Source: a virus (taxonomy: Duplodnaviria; Caudoviricetes). Taken from it: 42,172 nt of DNA. A model generated the notes under the pieces. It made no database searches. It saw nothing but the letters and a program-made list of their open reading frames with translations, and was not told the origin of the DNA. Below are positions 34,023-42,172 of this stretch, in pieces. The translations under genes were made by a program, and so were the position numbers. How positions within the stretch are numbered: the stretch's first letter is position 1; each line of letters opens with the position of its first letter. The stretch is taken from the IMG/VR virus record IMGVR_UViG_3300023184_002373, positions 1 through 42,172 of that record; one strand, given 5' to 3'.

Positions 34023-37000
34023 TGGCAGTAGAAGTCGGCAAAATTTTAGCAACTGTTGAGGCAGATGTATCTGACTTCGTTGCCAAGATGCAAGGGGTTC
34101 AAAAGACTCTTCAAACTACTGCTGGTCATGTTGGTACTGCTCACAATACCTTCAATAAATTAAAAGGTGGAATTACTGCTGCTGGCGTTGCTGTTGGTGC
34201 AGCAGAGGTTGGGCTTATTAGTTTTGCCCGTCACGCTTTTTCTACTGCGGCTCGTGTTTCCGAACTTAATGTTGCCATTGGCGCTATTGGAAAAGCCACT
34301 GGTATCGGAGCAGATAAAATTCAGGCTGCTACCAAAGCCATTCGTGACAATGGTATTGAGATGCACTCTGCACAAGAAATGGCAATTCTCTTTGCACAGG
34401 GCAATCTTAATATGGCTGATGCTTCTAGGGTTGCTCGTGTAGCGCAAGACTTGGCTGTTATTAGCCAGTCAAACTCTACTGATACAGCAATGACATTGAC
34501 ATACGCCATTCAAACTGGTAACTCAATGTTGCTGAAGTCTGCTGGTATCACAAAATATGCTTCTGAAGGATATGCCGAATACGCAAAGCAATTAGGCAAA
34601 TCAACTAATGCTCTTACTGCACAAGAAAGACAGCAAGCGACTATCAATATGGTTCTCAAAGAGGGAACTAAAGTTGCTGGAATTTATGACGCTGCGATGC
34701 AAGAGCCTGGAAAAGTCTTGCGTTCGTTCCCTCGTCTTGTAGATGATATCCAAGAATCATTTGGAACAATTCTTTTGCATGGATTTGGCCCCTCAATTAA
34801 GGCTGCATACGATTTAACTAACGCTTTTGACCATGCTGTTCGTGAGGGTGGTGCGCTTTACCCAGTAATTAACTCACTTGATACGGTTATCTCTGAATTA
34901 ACAAAGCCAATGGTCGGAGTAGTAAAGCATTTTTCTAATGCAATAAAGTTAATGGATTCTCACTCAATCAGCACAAAGAAATTAACTGAAAATACAAAGA
35001 AATTTTTACCAGTAATTACAGCAGCCTCTACTGCATTAGCAATGCTTTCAGGTAGCCGTGTTCTAGGAAATCTCCCAATTATTGGGCCAAAGATCGCATC
35101 AGTATTTGGGCCAGGCTCTGCGCTTCTCGTGGGCATGGGAATTTTGATTGCAACATCACCAAAACTCCGCAGTGCTTTTACACAGATGCTTGCTCCACTT
35201 CAAGATTTAATTCCAGCAATTATGAAAATTGGAATGGCTATGGCAGAGACAGGAACTGTTCTTGTTGAAGCCGCAACTAATATCGTCACTGCTCTTGCAG
35301 GGCCACTTACTGGAATTATTGAAGGTTTAGCGGTTGCTTTTGTTGAGTTAACCAAGCCAGTATTGGCACTTACAGTTGGTCTTGCTTCATTTGCTGAATG
35401 GGCTACGAGTAACGCAACTGTAGTTCAAGCGCTTTCAGCAGCAGTTCTAACATTTGCAGTAGTGAGCCTAGTAAGTGCTGAAGGTGCTATCGGAAAACTT
35501 ATTGCTTCATTCGTTGTTTGGGGCAAAGAGTTGATGATTAAGATTCAACTAATTCGTGAAGAAGGCGCTGCAATGGCGCAAAACATCGGCATAACAAGAG
35601 GTTATGGTCTTGCAACCGTTCAGGCTTTTACTAGCGGAACTGTAGCAGTAGAGGGTTTTGGCGTAGCGCTACTTTCTTCACTAGGGCCTTTCATACTCAT
35701 CGGTGTTGCAATAATGGGTGCAATGAAAATTTTTAGTGCATGGTCTGACAGAAATAAAGATGTAAAAGCAAGAACAGAAGAGTTAACAACTGCAATTAAA
35801 GAACAAGTAAAAGTTGCTGCTGATGAGGCAGTCGCCCTAAACAACATTATTAGTGCTGGTGGCGACCTTTCAAAAACATTGATTTCAACTGGAGAAGAAG
35901 GAAACAAACTTTCTCTTGCGCTAAATGCTGTTGGTTTAACTGGAGATAAAGCGTCTAAAACAATGTCTGATTTCCAAAAGAGCAGTTATGATGCTTCACT
36001 TGCTCTTTCGCAACAGGCAGGTTTTGGTGACGCTAACTCTAAAGCAATTGCACAAATGGTTTCTACACTTGATAAGGGCAGTGATGCTCAACACAGGCAA
36101 ACACTTTTAGCAGCAGGATTTACTGAAGCGATGATTCGCCAGTTCTTTGCTCTTGAACAACTTGATGATTCAGCACAAAATACTGATTTTTCAAAGTTAA
36201 TTCAGGCTCAAACTGATGCCGTTGTTCTTAATACAAAATGGGGCGCTGGAGTAAAGAAAACTACCGATGCAATTTGGGATGCCGACGGAGCAAACAAAGA
36301 ATATGGTAGCAATGCAGAAAAAGCAACGGCATACCAAAAATTATTTAATGAACAAATTGATCTTTATGCCAAAGCGCAACATGATTCCTCTGTAATTACC
36401 AACGCTGCTGGAAAAGAAATTTACAATTCAGCAAATGCAATTCAGAAAGCAATTGCCGACTCAAATGACGGCAAGTTGACTGCCGACCAATATGGTGAAG
36501 CATGGATGGGGGCTGCTTGGAAGACTCTTAAGGCTGAAGAAGCGCTCGTTTCAATGCGTAAATCTCTATACTCTGTTCTTGACGGGCTTAAAGGCGTAAA
36601 GGGGAACACAGATAGGCTCAAAGATTCAGGCATTGCTTTCACCAAAATGCTTGCAGATAACGCTTCTTCAATGACTGATAATGGAGCAAAATTAGCCGAT
36701 GTTGCAGCGATGCAAAAACAAATGGTTGCTCAATACTACGCATCTGCTGAAGCAGCAGGTGTACACAAAGACACAGTTGATGCAATGCTCAAATCACTTG
36801 GCATTTTGGACTCTATTGACTCTATTCAAGTAACAATTGACTTGAATATACAAAAAGCAAAAGATGAACTCAATGCGTTCTTAAAAACAATTATGGGTAC
36901 TGCTGATGCACTTGAACACAACTCTGCTGTAACTGAAAAATATAGAAAATTATTGGACACACTAAATTCTGCAACAGATCAAGGAACTAAATCAGCAGAA

Positions 37001-38776
37001 TGGCTTAACAAAAACTACACTGCTCTAAATGATACTGCAAAAACTGGAAGCAAGACGATTAAAACATATGCAGAGGCAGTGAAGGCTGTAGAAGACAAGA
37101 TTAAGAACCAAAAAATAGCAGTAGATGACGCTAAGAGAGCGTTACTTGAATACGCTAAACAGGCTACTTCATCTTTGCGTCAGGCAGTAAGCCTCACAAG
37201 CACAATGGATGCCTACAATACAGCACTTAAACAAGTAACAGATCAGCAAGATAAATTGGCAGAGGTTCAAAAGCAAAAGGCTGCTGATGCTATGCAAGCA
37301 CAAAAAGATGCTACTCGTGCTGCTGCCGAAGCAAATAACGCTTATGCAGAATCTCTTGGCAGTGCTGTTTTAGGGATATTGTCATTTTCTGATGCAATGA
37401 ACGAACAGAAAAATGCTTTTGATGAACTTGCATCAGCACAACAGGCTCAAGATGATGCTACTGTTAAATACAACGATTCTTTGCAAAAAACTGCGGATGC
37501 ACTTGCTCTTGTTGACGACATTCAGACTCAGATTAACAACACGCAAGGTCGCAGAGCAAAGAATGAACTTGGGAAGTTGCTTGTTAAGGCTCAGGATGAT
37601 GCTACAAAAGCAACAGAAGATTTTGCAAAAGCGCAACAAGATTTACAGGTTGCTGTTGACGGAACGAGCAATGCCACTGCAAAACAAGTTACATGGCTTC
37701 AATCTCTTGAAAAACAGGCTGAAAAGGCTAAGACATTCTCTGATGTCATGGCTAATTTATCTAAGGCTGGTCTTAGTCGTTCTGCTCTATCACAAATTGC
37801 TAGTGCTGGCGCTGACGCTGGTACAAAAATGGCTGAAGAGTTGCTTGCTGGTGGCGCTGATTCAATTAAGAAAGCAAATGATCTTGTTAGCGCCATTCAA
37901 GATGCCTCTTCTTCAATAACCAATGCGTTTGCTGTTGCTATTGAGGCAGATAAGCCAATTTATGAAGATGTTGCAGTTGGCACAGCAACTAGTTTCTTTG
38001 ATGCACTGCAAAGTCAAAACAAAAAGGCAACAGATTTTACAGCACAAGTAAAGAGACTTATTAAATTAGGTCTTCATGGTCAAGCATTAGAAGAGGTTTT
38101 GAACGCTGGATATGATGCTGGTAGTAAAATTGCCGATGAACTTGAAAAAGGTGGCGCTACAAAAATTAAAGAGGCGATGGACATTCAGGATGCTATGCAA
38201 ACTCAGGCTAATGATCTAGCCATACTTGCAGCGCCATATTTTGACCAAACAGGTATTATTCTCGCACAAACTTTGCTTGATGCTTTTAAGAAAAAACTTC
38301 AAGAACTTAAATCTCTAACTAAGGCTGCACAAGCAGGAGACTTTACAGATTTCCTTGACACGGTAGATCAAATGGGCAAGCCTCCTGTTCCTAATTTAAC
38401 TCCTACATCAATGGGTGATGCTGGAACATATTTATCTAGTATGCCTCAACTTGAAGGCAGTGTATTAACTGCCGACCAAATACAAGGTATGCAGGATTTT
38501 TGGTCAGGGCTTGATATGAGCAGCATCGGTGGTTTTGTGGGTGTTCATGCAAAGGGTGGAATTGTTACCTCTGCACAATTAGGAATTATTGGTGAAGCAG
38601 GCCCTGAAGCAATCATTCCTCTAAGCAAAATGGGTGATATGATGGGCGGCGCTCCTAGCACCTACAACATCAGCGTAAATGCTGGTATGGGCGCTAATGG
38701 CACTCAAATCGGGGCGCAAATTGTTGAAGCAATCAAGAAATACGAAAAATCTAATGGTAAGCGCTGGAGAGCATAA
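34022..38776 (+). CDS. Tape measure protein
   Basis: 1584-aa Ala-rich helical protein after the chaperones; C-terminal AKGGIV..GEAGPEAIIPL. Confidence 0.92.
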   Translation: MAVEVGKILATVEADVSDFVAKMQGVQKTLQTTAGHVGTAHNTFNKLKGGITAAGVAVGAAEVGLISFARHAFSTAARVSELNVAIGAIGKATGIGADKIQAATKAIRDNGIEMHSAQEMAILFAQGNLNMADASRVARVAQDLAVISQSNSTDTAMTLTYAIQTGNSMLLKSAGITKYASEGYAEYAKQLGKSTNALTAQERQQATINMVLKEGTKVAGIYDAAMQEPGKVLRSFPRLVDDIQESFGTILLHGFGPSIKAAYDLTNAFDHAVREGGALYPVINSLDTVISELTKPMVGVVKHFSNAIKLMDSHSISTKKLTENTKKFLPVITAASTALAMLSGSRVLGNLPIIGPKIASVFGPGSALLVGMGILIATSPKLRSAFTQMLAPLQDLIPAIMKIGMAMAETGTVLVEAATNIVTALAGPLTGIIEGLAVAFVELTKPVLALTVGLASFAEWATSNATVVQALSAAVLTFAVVSLVSAEGAIGKLIASFVVWGKELMIKIQLIREEGAAMAQNIGITRGYGLATVQAFTSGTVAVEGFGVALLSSLGPFILIGVAIMGAMKIFSAWSDRNKDVKARTEELTTAIKEQVKVAADEAVALNNIISAGGDLSKTLISTGEEGNKLSLALNAVGLTGDKASKTMSDFQKSSYDASLALSQQAGFGDANSKAIAQMVSTLDKGSDAQHRQTLLAAGFTEAMIRQFFALEQLDDSAQNTDFSKLIQAQTDAVVLNTKWGAGVKKTTDAIWDADGANKEYGSNAEKATAYQKLFNEQIDLYAKAQHDSSVITNAAGKEIYNSANAIQKAIADSNDGKLTADQYGEAWMGAAWKTLKAEEALVSMRKSLYSVLDGLKGVKGNTDRLKDSGIAFTKMLADNASSMTDNGAKLADVAAMQKQMVAQYYASAEAAGVHKDTVDAMLKSLGILDSIDSIQVTIDLNIQKAKDELNAFLKTIMGTADALEHNSAVTEKYRKLLDTLNSATDQGTKSAEWLNKNYTALNDTAKTGSKTIKTYAEAVKAVEDKIKNQKIAVDDAKRALLEYAKQATSSLRQAVSLTSTMDAYNTALKQVTDQQDKLAEVQKQKAADAMQAQKDATRAAAEANNAYAESLGSAVLGILSFSDAMNEQKNAFDELASAQQAQDDATVKYNDSLQKTADALALVDDIQTQINNTQGRRAKNELGKLLVKAQDDATKATEDFAKAQQDLQVAVDGTSNATAKQVTWLQSLEKQAEKAKTFSDVMANLSKAGLSRSALSQIASAGADAGTKMAEELLAGGADSIKKANDLVSAIQDASSSITNAFAVAIEADKPIYEDVAVGTATSFFDALQSQNKKATDFTAQVKRLIKLGLHGQALEEVLNAGYDAGSKIADELEKGGATKIKEAMDIQDAMQTQANDLAILAAPYFDQTGIILAQTLLDAFKKKLQELKSLTKAAQAGDFTDFLDTVDQMGKPPVPNLTPTSMGDAGTYLSSMPQLEGSVLTADQIQGMQDFWSGLDMSSIGGFVGVHAKGGIVTSAQLGIIGEAGPEAIIPLSKMGDMMGGAPSTYNISVNAGMGANGTQIGAQIVEAIKKYEKSNGKRWRA

Positions 38777-38850
38777 GCCAAAAGGTGTAGAAAATCAGCA
38801 CAACTATGCTACTATTCAGAGGTAGCAGTCTTTAATTCCGAGAGGTTTAT

Positions 38851-39225
38851 ATGTCAATTTCAAACTACGCAGAACTCAAGATGCTTGAACACGCAACTGG
38901 TAAGACATCGTGGACTATGCCTACGACTCTTTATGTCAAGTTGCATACGGCAGATGCTGGTGAAGACGGAACTTCAAGTGCCGCGAGTAATACCACTCGC
39001 AAATCATTGGCTTGGGCATCGGCAGCATCAGGTTCTATTGCTACAACTGGTTCTCCATCAGCAGAATGGACAAGCATCGCAACGGCAGAAACTTATTCTC
39101 ACTGGTCGTTGTGGGATAACTTGACTGCTGGTAACTGTATTTGGACTGGTGCTTTGTCCTCTAGTGCTTCAGTAGCGGTTGGCGATACTTTTCAGATCAC
39201 CACACTCACGCTGACTCTAGACTAG
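38851..39225 (+). CDS. Minor tail protein
   Basis: SNYAELKMLEH..LYVKLHTAD..LWD..T.GN..GDTFQI. Confidence 0.7.
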   Translation: MSISNYAELKMLEHATGKTSWTMPTTLYVKLHTADAGEDGTSSAASNTTRKSLAWASAASGSIATTGSPSAEWTSIATAETYSHWSLWDNLTAGNCIWTGALSSSASVAVGDTFQITTLTLTLD

Positions 39226-39247
39226 CCGATAAGGGGAATGACCCCTA

Positions 39248-41107
39248 ATGGCTAATCTTGCTCTTAATCACCCAACCGAAGGGTTATTAGATACAGGTAC
39301 TCTTTCTACGACTGCGTATTCAGTTAAATATGTCAATGCCACAGGTTCGGGAACTGGTGCAGGAACAGCAGACACACTCCATAAAGATGTTAGAACAGCA
39401 TCAGGCAGTGGTGGTGCTACTGCTAGTGATACTGCTACTCGTGTAATTATTCGCATTAGAACAGCATCGGATACCAATGGTACTGGTGGCTCTGCAACAA
39501 CATATCTTGCAGCAAAACAACTCTTTCTTGATGATACAGATGGGCAAGGAAGACTTGACTTCAACTTCTTATCACTTAATACTTTTGCTCGTCTAAAACG
39601 CACTGCCAGTGGTTCAGGCACTGGAACTGCTAGTGCAATTGGGGCAAGAGTACAGGCTAAAACTGCTACAGGTTCAGGAACTGGCTCTCAATCATCTACT
39701 TCTTTATCTATTAGGATTAGGAGCGCTTCTGACACAAATGGAACTGGTGGTTCAGCAACTAGCAGGCTTCTTAAGAGAATAGTAACTGCTACAGGTTCGG
39801 GAACTGGAACAGAATCAGCAACTAGAATAAGAATTGCAATTAGAACTGGTACAGCGAGCGCTGGAACTGGTGGTTATGCCACAACTAATTGGGATATTTT
39901 AGATGTTGTTGAGGCAACAAATCTTGTTGTTGAACTTGAATTAACATCAAACCCGTATTCAGAATCTCCAGTTTTTGTTCTTGATGATGCAACAACTGGG
40001 TTGCTCGGTACTGGAACGCTAGGCGCTAGAAATTTTTACGATGTCACGGCGTTTGTTAAAGAAGTAAATATACAGCGTGGTAGGTCTAGGCAACTTGACT
40101 CGTTTAATGCTGGAACTGCATCGGTTATATTCAATGACCCTACGAGACAATTTGACCCAACAAATACAGCCAGTATCTATTACGGAGGTATTCTTCCAAG
40201 ACAGCCGATAAGGATTAGCGCTAATGATATAAGGCTCTTCACTGGATACATTGAAGACTGGAATCTTGATTACACACAACCAACTATGCTCACTGCCAGC
40301 ATTACTTGTGTTGACGGATTTTCTTTACTTTCAGCAATACTTCTTGAAGAGTACGCAACCACAAACGGTCAAAGAAGTGACCAAAGAATTACCACTGTTC
40401 TCGGACTACCTGAAGTTGCATCAGTTGTTCCACAAACATCACTAGAAACTGGGGTGGCTACTCTCGGTGATGATCTAATTGCAGACCAAACAATCCTTTT
40501 GGACTATCTGCAAAAAATAAATAGGTCTGAACAAGGGTATCTGTTCATGGATGCCAGCAACAAACTTACATTCATTGCTCGTGGCGCAGCATCATCACTT
40601 GCTGTTGCTACAGGAGCAATACCAGTATTTACTGACAATATACAAATTGAAACAGATTTTAAGTACCTAGAGTTAGGCGTTCAATTTGGAACTGAACTTC
40701 TTTACAACAGAATTACAGTACAAAATGTTGATAGCGCTGTAGTCCAAACAGTTAATGATCTCGGAAGTCAGACTGATTATTTGGTTAGAACGCTTGACCT
40801 TACAGACCTCCTTCTTGAAACAGATGCAAAGGCGCTTACCCTAGCAAATTATGTTTTGAGCCAATATGCCCGACCTATATTTAGATATGATTCCGTATCT
40901 GTTTCGGCAACAGGAATCACCAATAACCGAAAAAACAGAATGTTCTCTATTGGTTTAGCGCAATTGGTTAGAACTACTAGGAATTTTGCCGTAGGTTCTC
41001 CAACTGATGTCACTAGATATTCATTGGTTGAAGGAATTGAACACCATATTGACCTCAATAGCCATGTAATCAGATATAGCCTAAACACGCTCACATATAC
41101 CCCATAA
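39248..41107 (+). CDS. Minor tail protein: N-terminal (R)TAxGSGTG repeats fused to a tail-tip/hub-like domain
   Basis: Repeats at about 39330-39880, then DVTAFV.EVNIQRGRSRQLD.F.AG..FDP.N..Y and SEQGYLF. Confidence 0.75.
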   Translation: MANLALNHPTEGLLDTGTLSTTAYSVKYVNATGSGTGAGTADTLHKDVRTASGSGGATASDTATRVIIRIRTASDTNGTGGSATTYLAAKQLFLDDTDGQGRLDFNFLSLNTFARLKRTASGSGTGTASAIGARVQAKTATGSGTGSQSSTSLSIRIRSASDTNGTGGSATSRLLKRIVTATGSGTGTESATRIRIAIRTGTASAGTGGYATTNWDILDVVEATNLVVELELTSNPYSESPVFVLDDATTGLLGTGTLGARNFYDVTAFVKEVNIQRGRSRQLDSFNAGTASVIFNDPTRQFDPTNTASIYYGGILPRQPIRISANDIRLFTGYIEDWNLDYTQPTMLTASITCVDGFSLLSAILLEEYATTNGQRSDQRITTVLGLPEVASVVPQTSLETGVATLGDDLIADQTILLDYLQKINRSEQGYLFMDASNKLTFIARGAASSLAVATGAIPVFTDNIQIETDFKYLELGVQFGTELLYNRITVQNVDSAVVQTVNDLGSQTDYLVRTLDLTDLLLETDAKALTLANYVLSQYARPIFRYDSVSVSATGITNNRKNRMFSIGLAQLVRTTRNFAVGSPTDVTRYSLVEGIEHHIDLNSHVIRYSLNTLTYTP

Positions 41108-41111
41108 GATG

Positions 41112-41140
41112 TTGCTAAAAATAGTCTTGTATTGTAGAGT
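41112..41140 (+). promoter_or_regulatory. Putative promoter for tail fibre genes
   Basis: TTGCTA-N17-TAGAGT upstream of an AGGAG SD. Confidence 0.4.
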
Positions 41141-41171
41141 CAGGAACTAACGCAATTTAGGAGATAAATAA

Positions 41172-41612
41172 GTGGCACAGAGGCAGACATTTACAGCAGG
41201 TCAGGTACTCACAGCAGCACAAATGACCACGCTCCAAGACACCATTTGGACTGATGATGTTAATGCTCAAACTGGCACTACCTACACTCTTGTATTGACT
41301 GATGCAGGCAAGCAAGTGACCATGACAAACGCATCGGCCAGTGTTTTTACCGTACCCCCTAACTCTTCAGTTGCCTTCACGATTGGAACAAGAGTTCAGG
41401 TTGTTCAACTTGGTGCAGGTGCTGTCACCTTGACGGCTGGTTCGGGAGTAACAGTTAGTTCGCTGTCAACTTCGCTTGCTATGGCACAATATCAAGTTGC
41501 TACACTCATTAAAACCGCTACTGATGTTTGGGTTGCTAATCTCGGTGGTAGTAGTGGTGGTGGCACAGGCGACTCAGATCAAACAGTTCTAGCAGTTCAA
41601 ATCTTTAGTTAG
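41172..41612 (+). CDS. Tail fibre-related structural protein
   Basis: FTAGQVLTAAQM..NAQTGTTYTLVLTDAGK..TVPPNS. Confidence 0.7.
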   Translation: MAQRQTFTAGQVLTAAQMTTLQDTIWTDDVNAQTGTTYTLVLTDAGKQVTMTNASASVFTVPPNSSVAFTIGTRVQVVQLGAGAVTLTAGSGVTVSSLSTSLAMAQYQVATLIKTATDVWVANLGGSSGGGTGDSDQTVLAVQIFS

Positions 41613-41620
41613 GAGCAATC

Positions 41621-41974
41621 ATGGCAAAAACATTTACAAAGGCAATACTTTCGGGTAGTACATCAGGCAAAGGTGTAGTTGTTGCTGCAACGGCTACTGC
41701 TGGAACTCTTATTCACACTGCTGTTGCTGGTTCGTCATCCATTGATGAGATTTGGCTATATGCAGTTAACACTTCAACATCGGCAGTAAAACTAACAATT
41801 GAATACGGTGCTGCTACTGCTCCTGACAACAACATTGAATTAACTGTTGCTGCTGAATCAGGTTTAGTTTTGGTAAGTCCTGGCCTACTTTTGAATGGTG
41901 GTTTAACTGTAAAGGCGTTTGCTGCGACTGCGAGCGTAATTGTTCTTTACGGTTATGTGAACCAAATCGCATAG
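41621..41974 (+). CDS. Structural/tail-associated hypothetical protein
   Basis: TLIHTA..DEIWLYAVN..AESGL. Confidence 0.65.
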   Translation: MAKTFTKAILSGSTSGKGVVVAATATAGTLIHTAVAGSSSIDEIWLYAVNTSTSAVKLTIEYGAATAPDNNIELTVAAESGLVLVSPGLLLNGGLTVKAFAATASVIVLYGYVNQIA

Positions 41975-41983
41975 GCGATTGTC

Positions 41984-42172
41984 ATGGTGCTTCGTTACGA
42001 CACCCGTTCTAGGGTTTCTACTTATACTCAGTCTTGGGTGACTAATGCTGACCCTGATTTTGGTGCGTTTGAATCTATTGCGACCACAACTTTGAGTACT
42101 TCTGCGGCATCGGTAACTTTTAGTTCTATTGTTGGAACTTACAAGCATTTACAACTGCGAATCGCTGCTGGC
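41984..42172 (+). CDS. Tail-fibre-associated protein (3'-truncated by window edge)
   Basis: Open from ATG 41984 to the window end: FESIATTTLSTSAASVTFSSIVGTYKHLQLRI. Confidence 0.65.
   Translation, partial: MVLRYDTRSRVSTYTQSWVTNADPDFGAFESIATTTLSTSAASVTFSSIVGTYKHLQLRIAAG

Noticed and set aside
1-42172. Minus-strand and alternative-frame ORFs in the track (e.g. 787..1353, 5796..6290, 27530..28054, 37413..37919)
   Set aside because: They shadow well-supported + strand genes and have no SD or recognisable motifs.
1-42172. Stop-codon reassignment, tRNA genes, integrase/att sites, reverse transcriptase/DGR
   Set aside because: TAA, TAG and TGA all terminate recognisable genes. No cloverleaf, recombinase or reverse transcriptase motifs were seen.

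Overview
This window is a 42 kb piece of a tailed dsDNA phage genome (siphovirus-type), with essentially all genes on the + strand. Two WhiB regulators, an MSMEG_6728-type glycosylase and a GGGAAAA tail-chaperone frameshift point to an actinobacterial host; the moderate GC content suggests a freshwater lineage (inference). Gene order is: early module (MoxR-type AAA ATPase, VWA partner, small ORFs, secreted SLT), then replication/recombination (WhiB, SSB, DnaE, RecA-like, Cas4-like nuclease, frameshifted RuvC, second WhiB), a ParB-DUF4417 gene with a Gly/Lys-rich peptide, the head module and the tail module. The most striking part is the head module (about 19.4-28.1 kb). The prohead protease appears split across two genes: the His/Ser core is at 22815, while the 'EVSLVxxPAN' strand sits on the scaffold N-terminus at 27162. 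The neighbouring genes are polyproteins carrying cargo domains (zincin, ADP-ribosyltransferase, Dps, ParB-like). These domains are separated by recurrent hydrophobic-x-K sites, and several start with a repeated tag (YNTNHDxLGRF or GDxPGHxFRGNQWT); two tag copies share an exact 21-bp repeat. Other items are an unannotated acidic peptide after the ART, a Com-like zinc finger upstream of an SD-sequestering tail leader, structured intergenic RNAs with C-rich loops, candidate leaderless genes, and apparent avoidance of several 4-mer palindromes. All family calls come from motif recognition by eye; no database searches were run.
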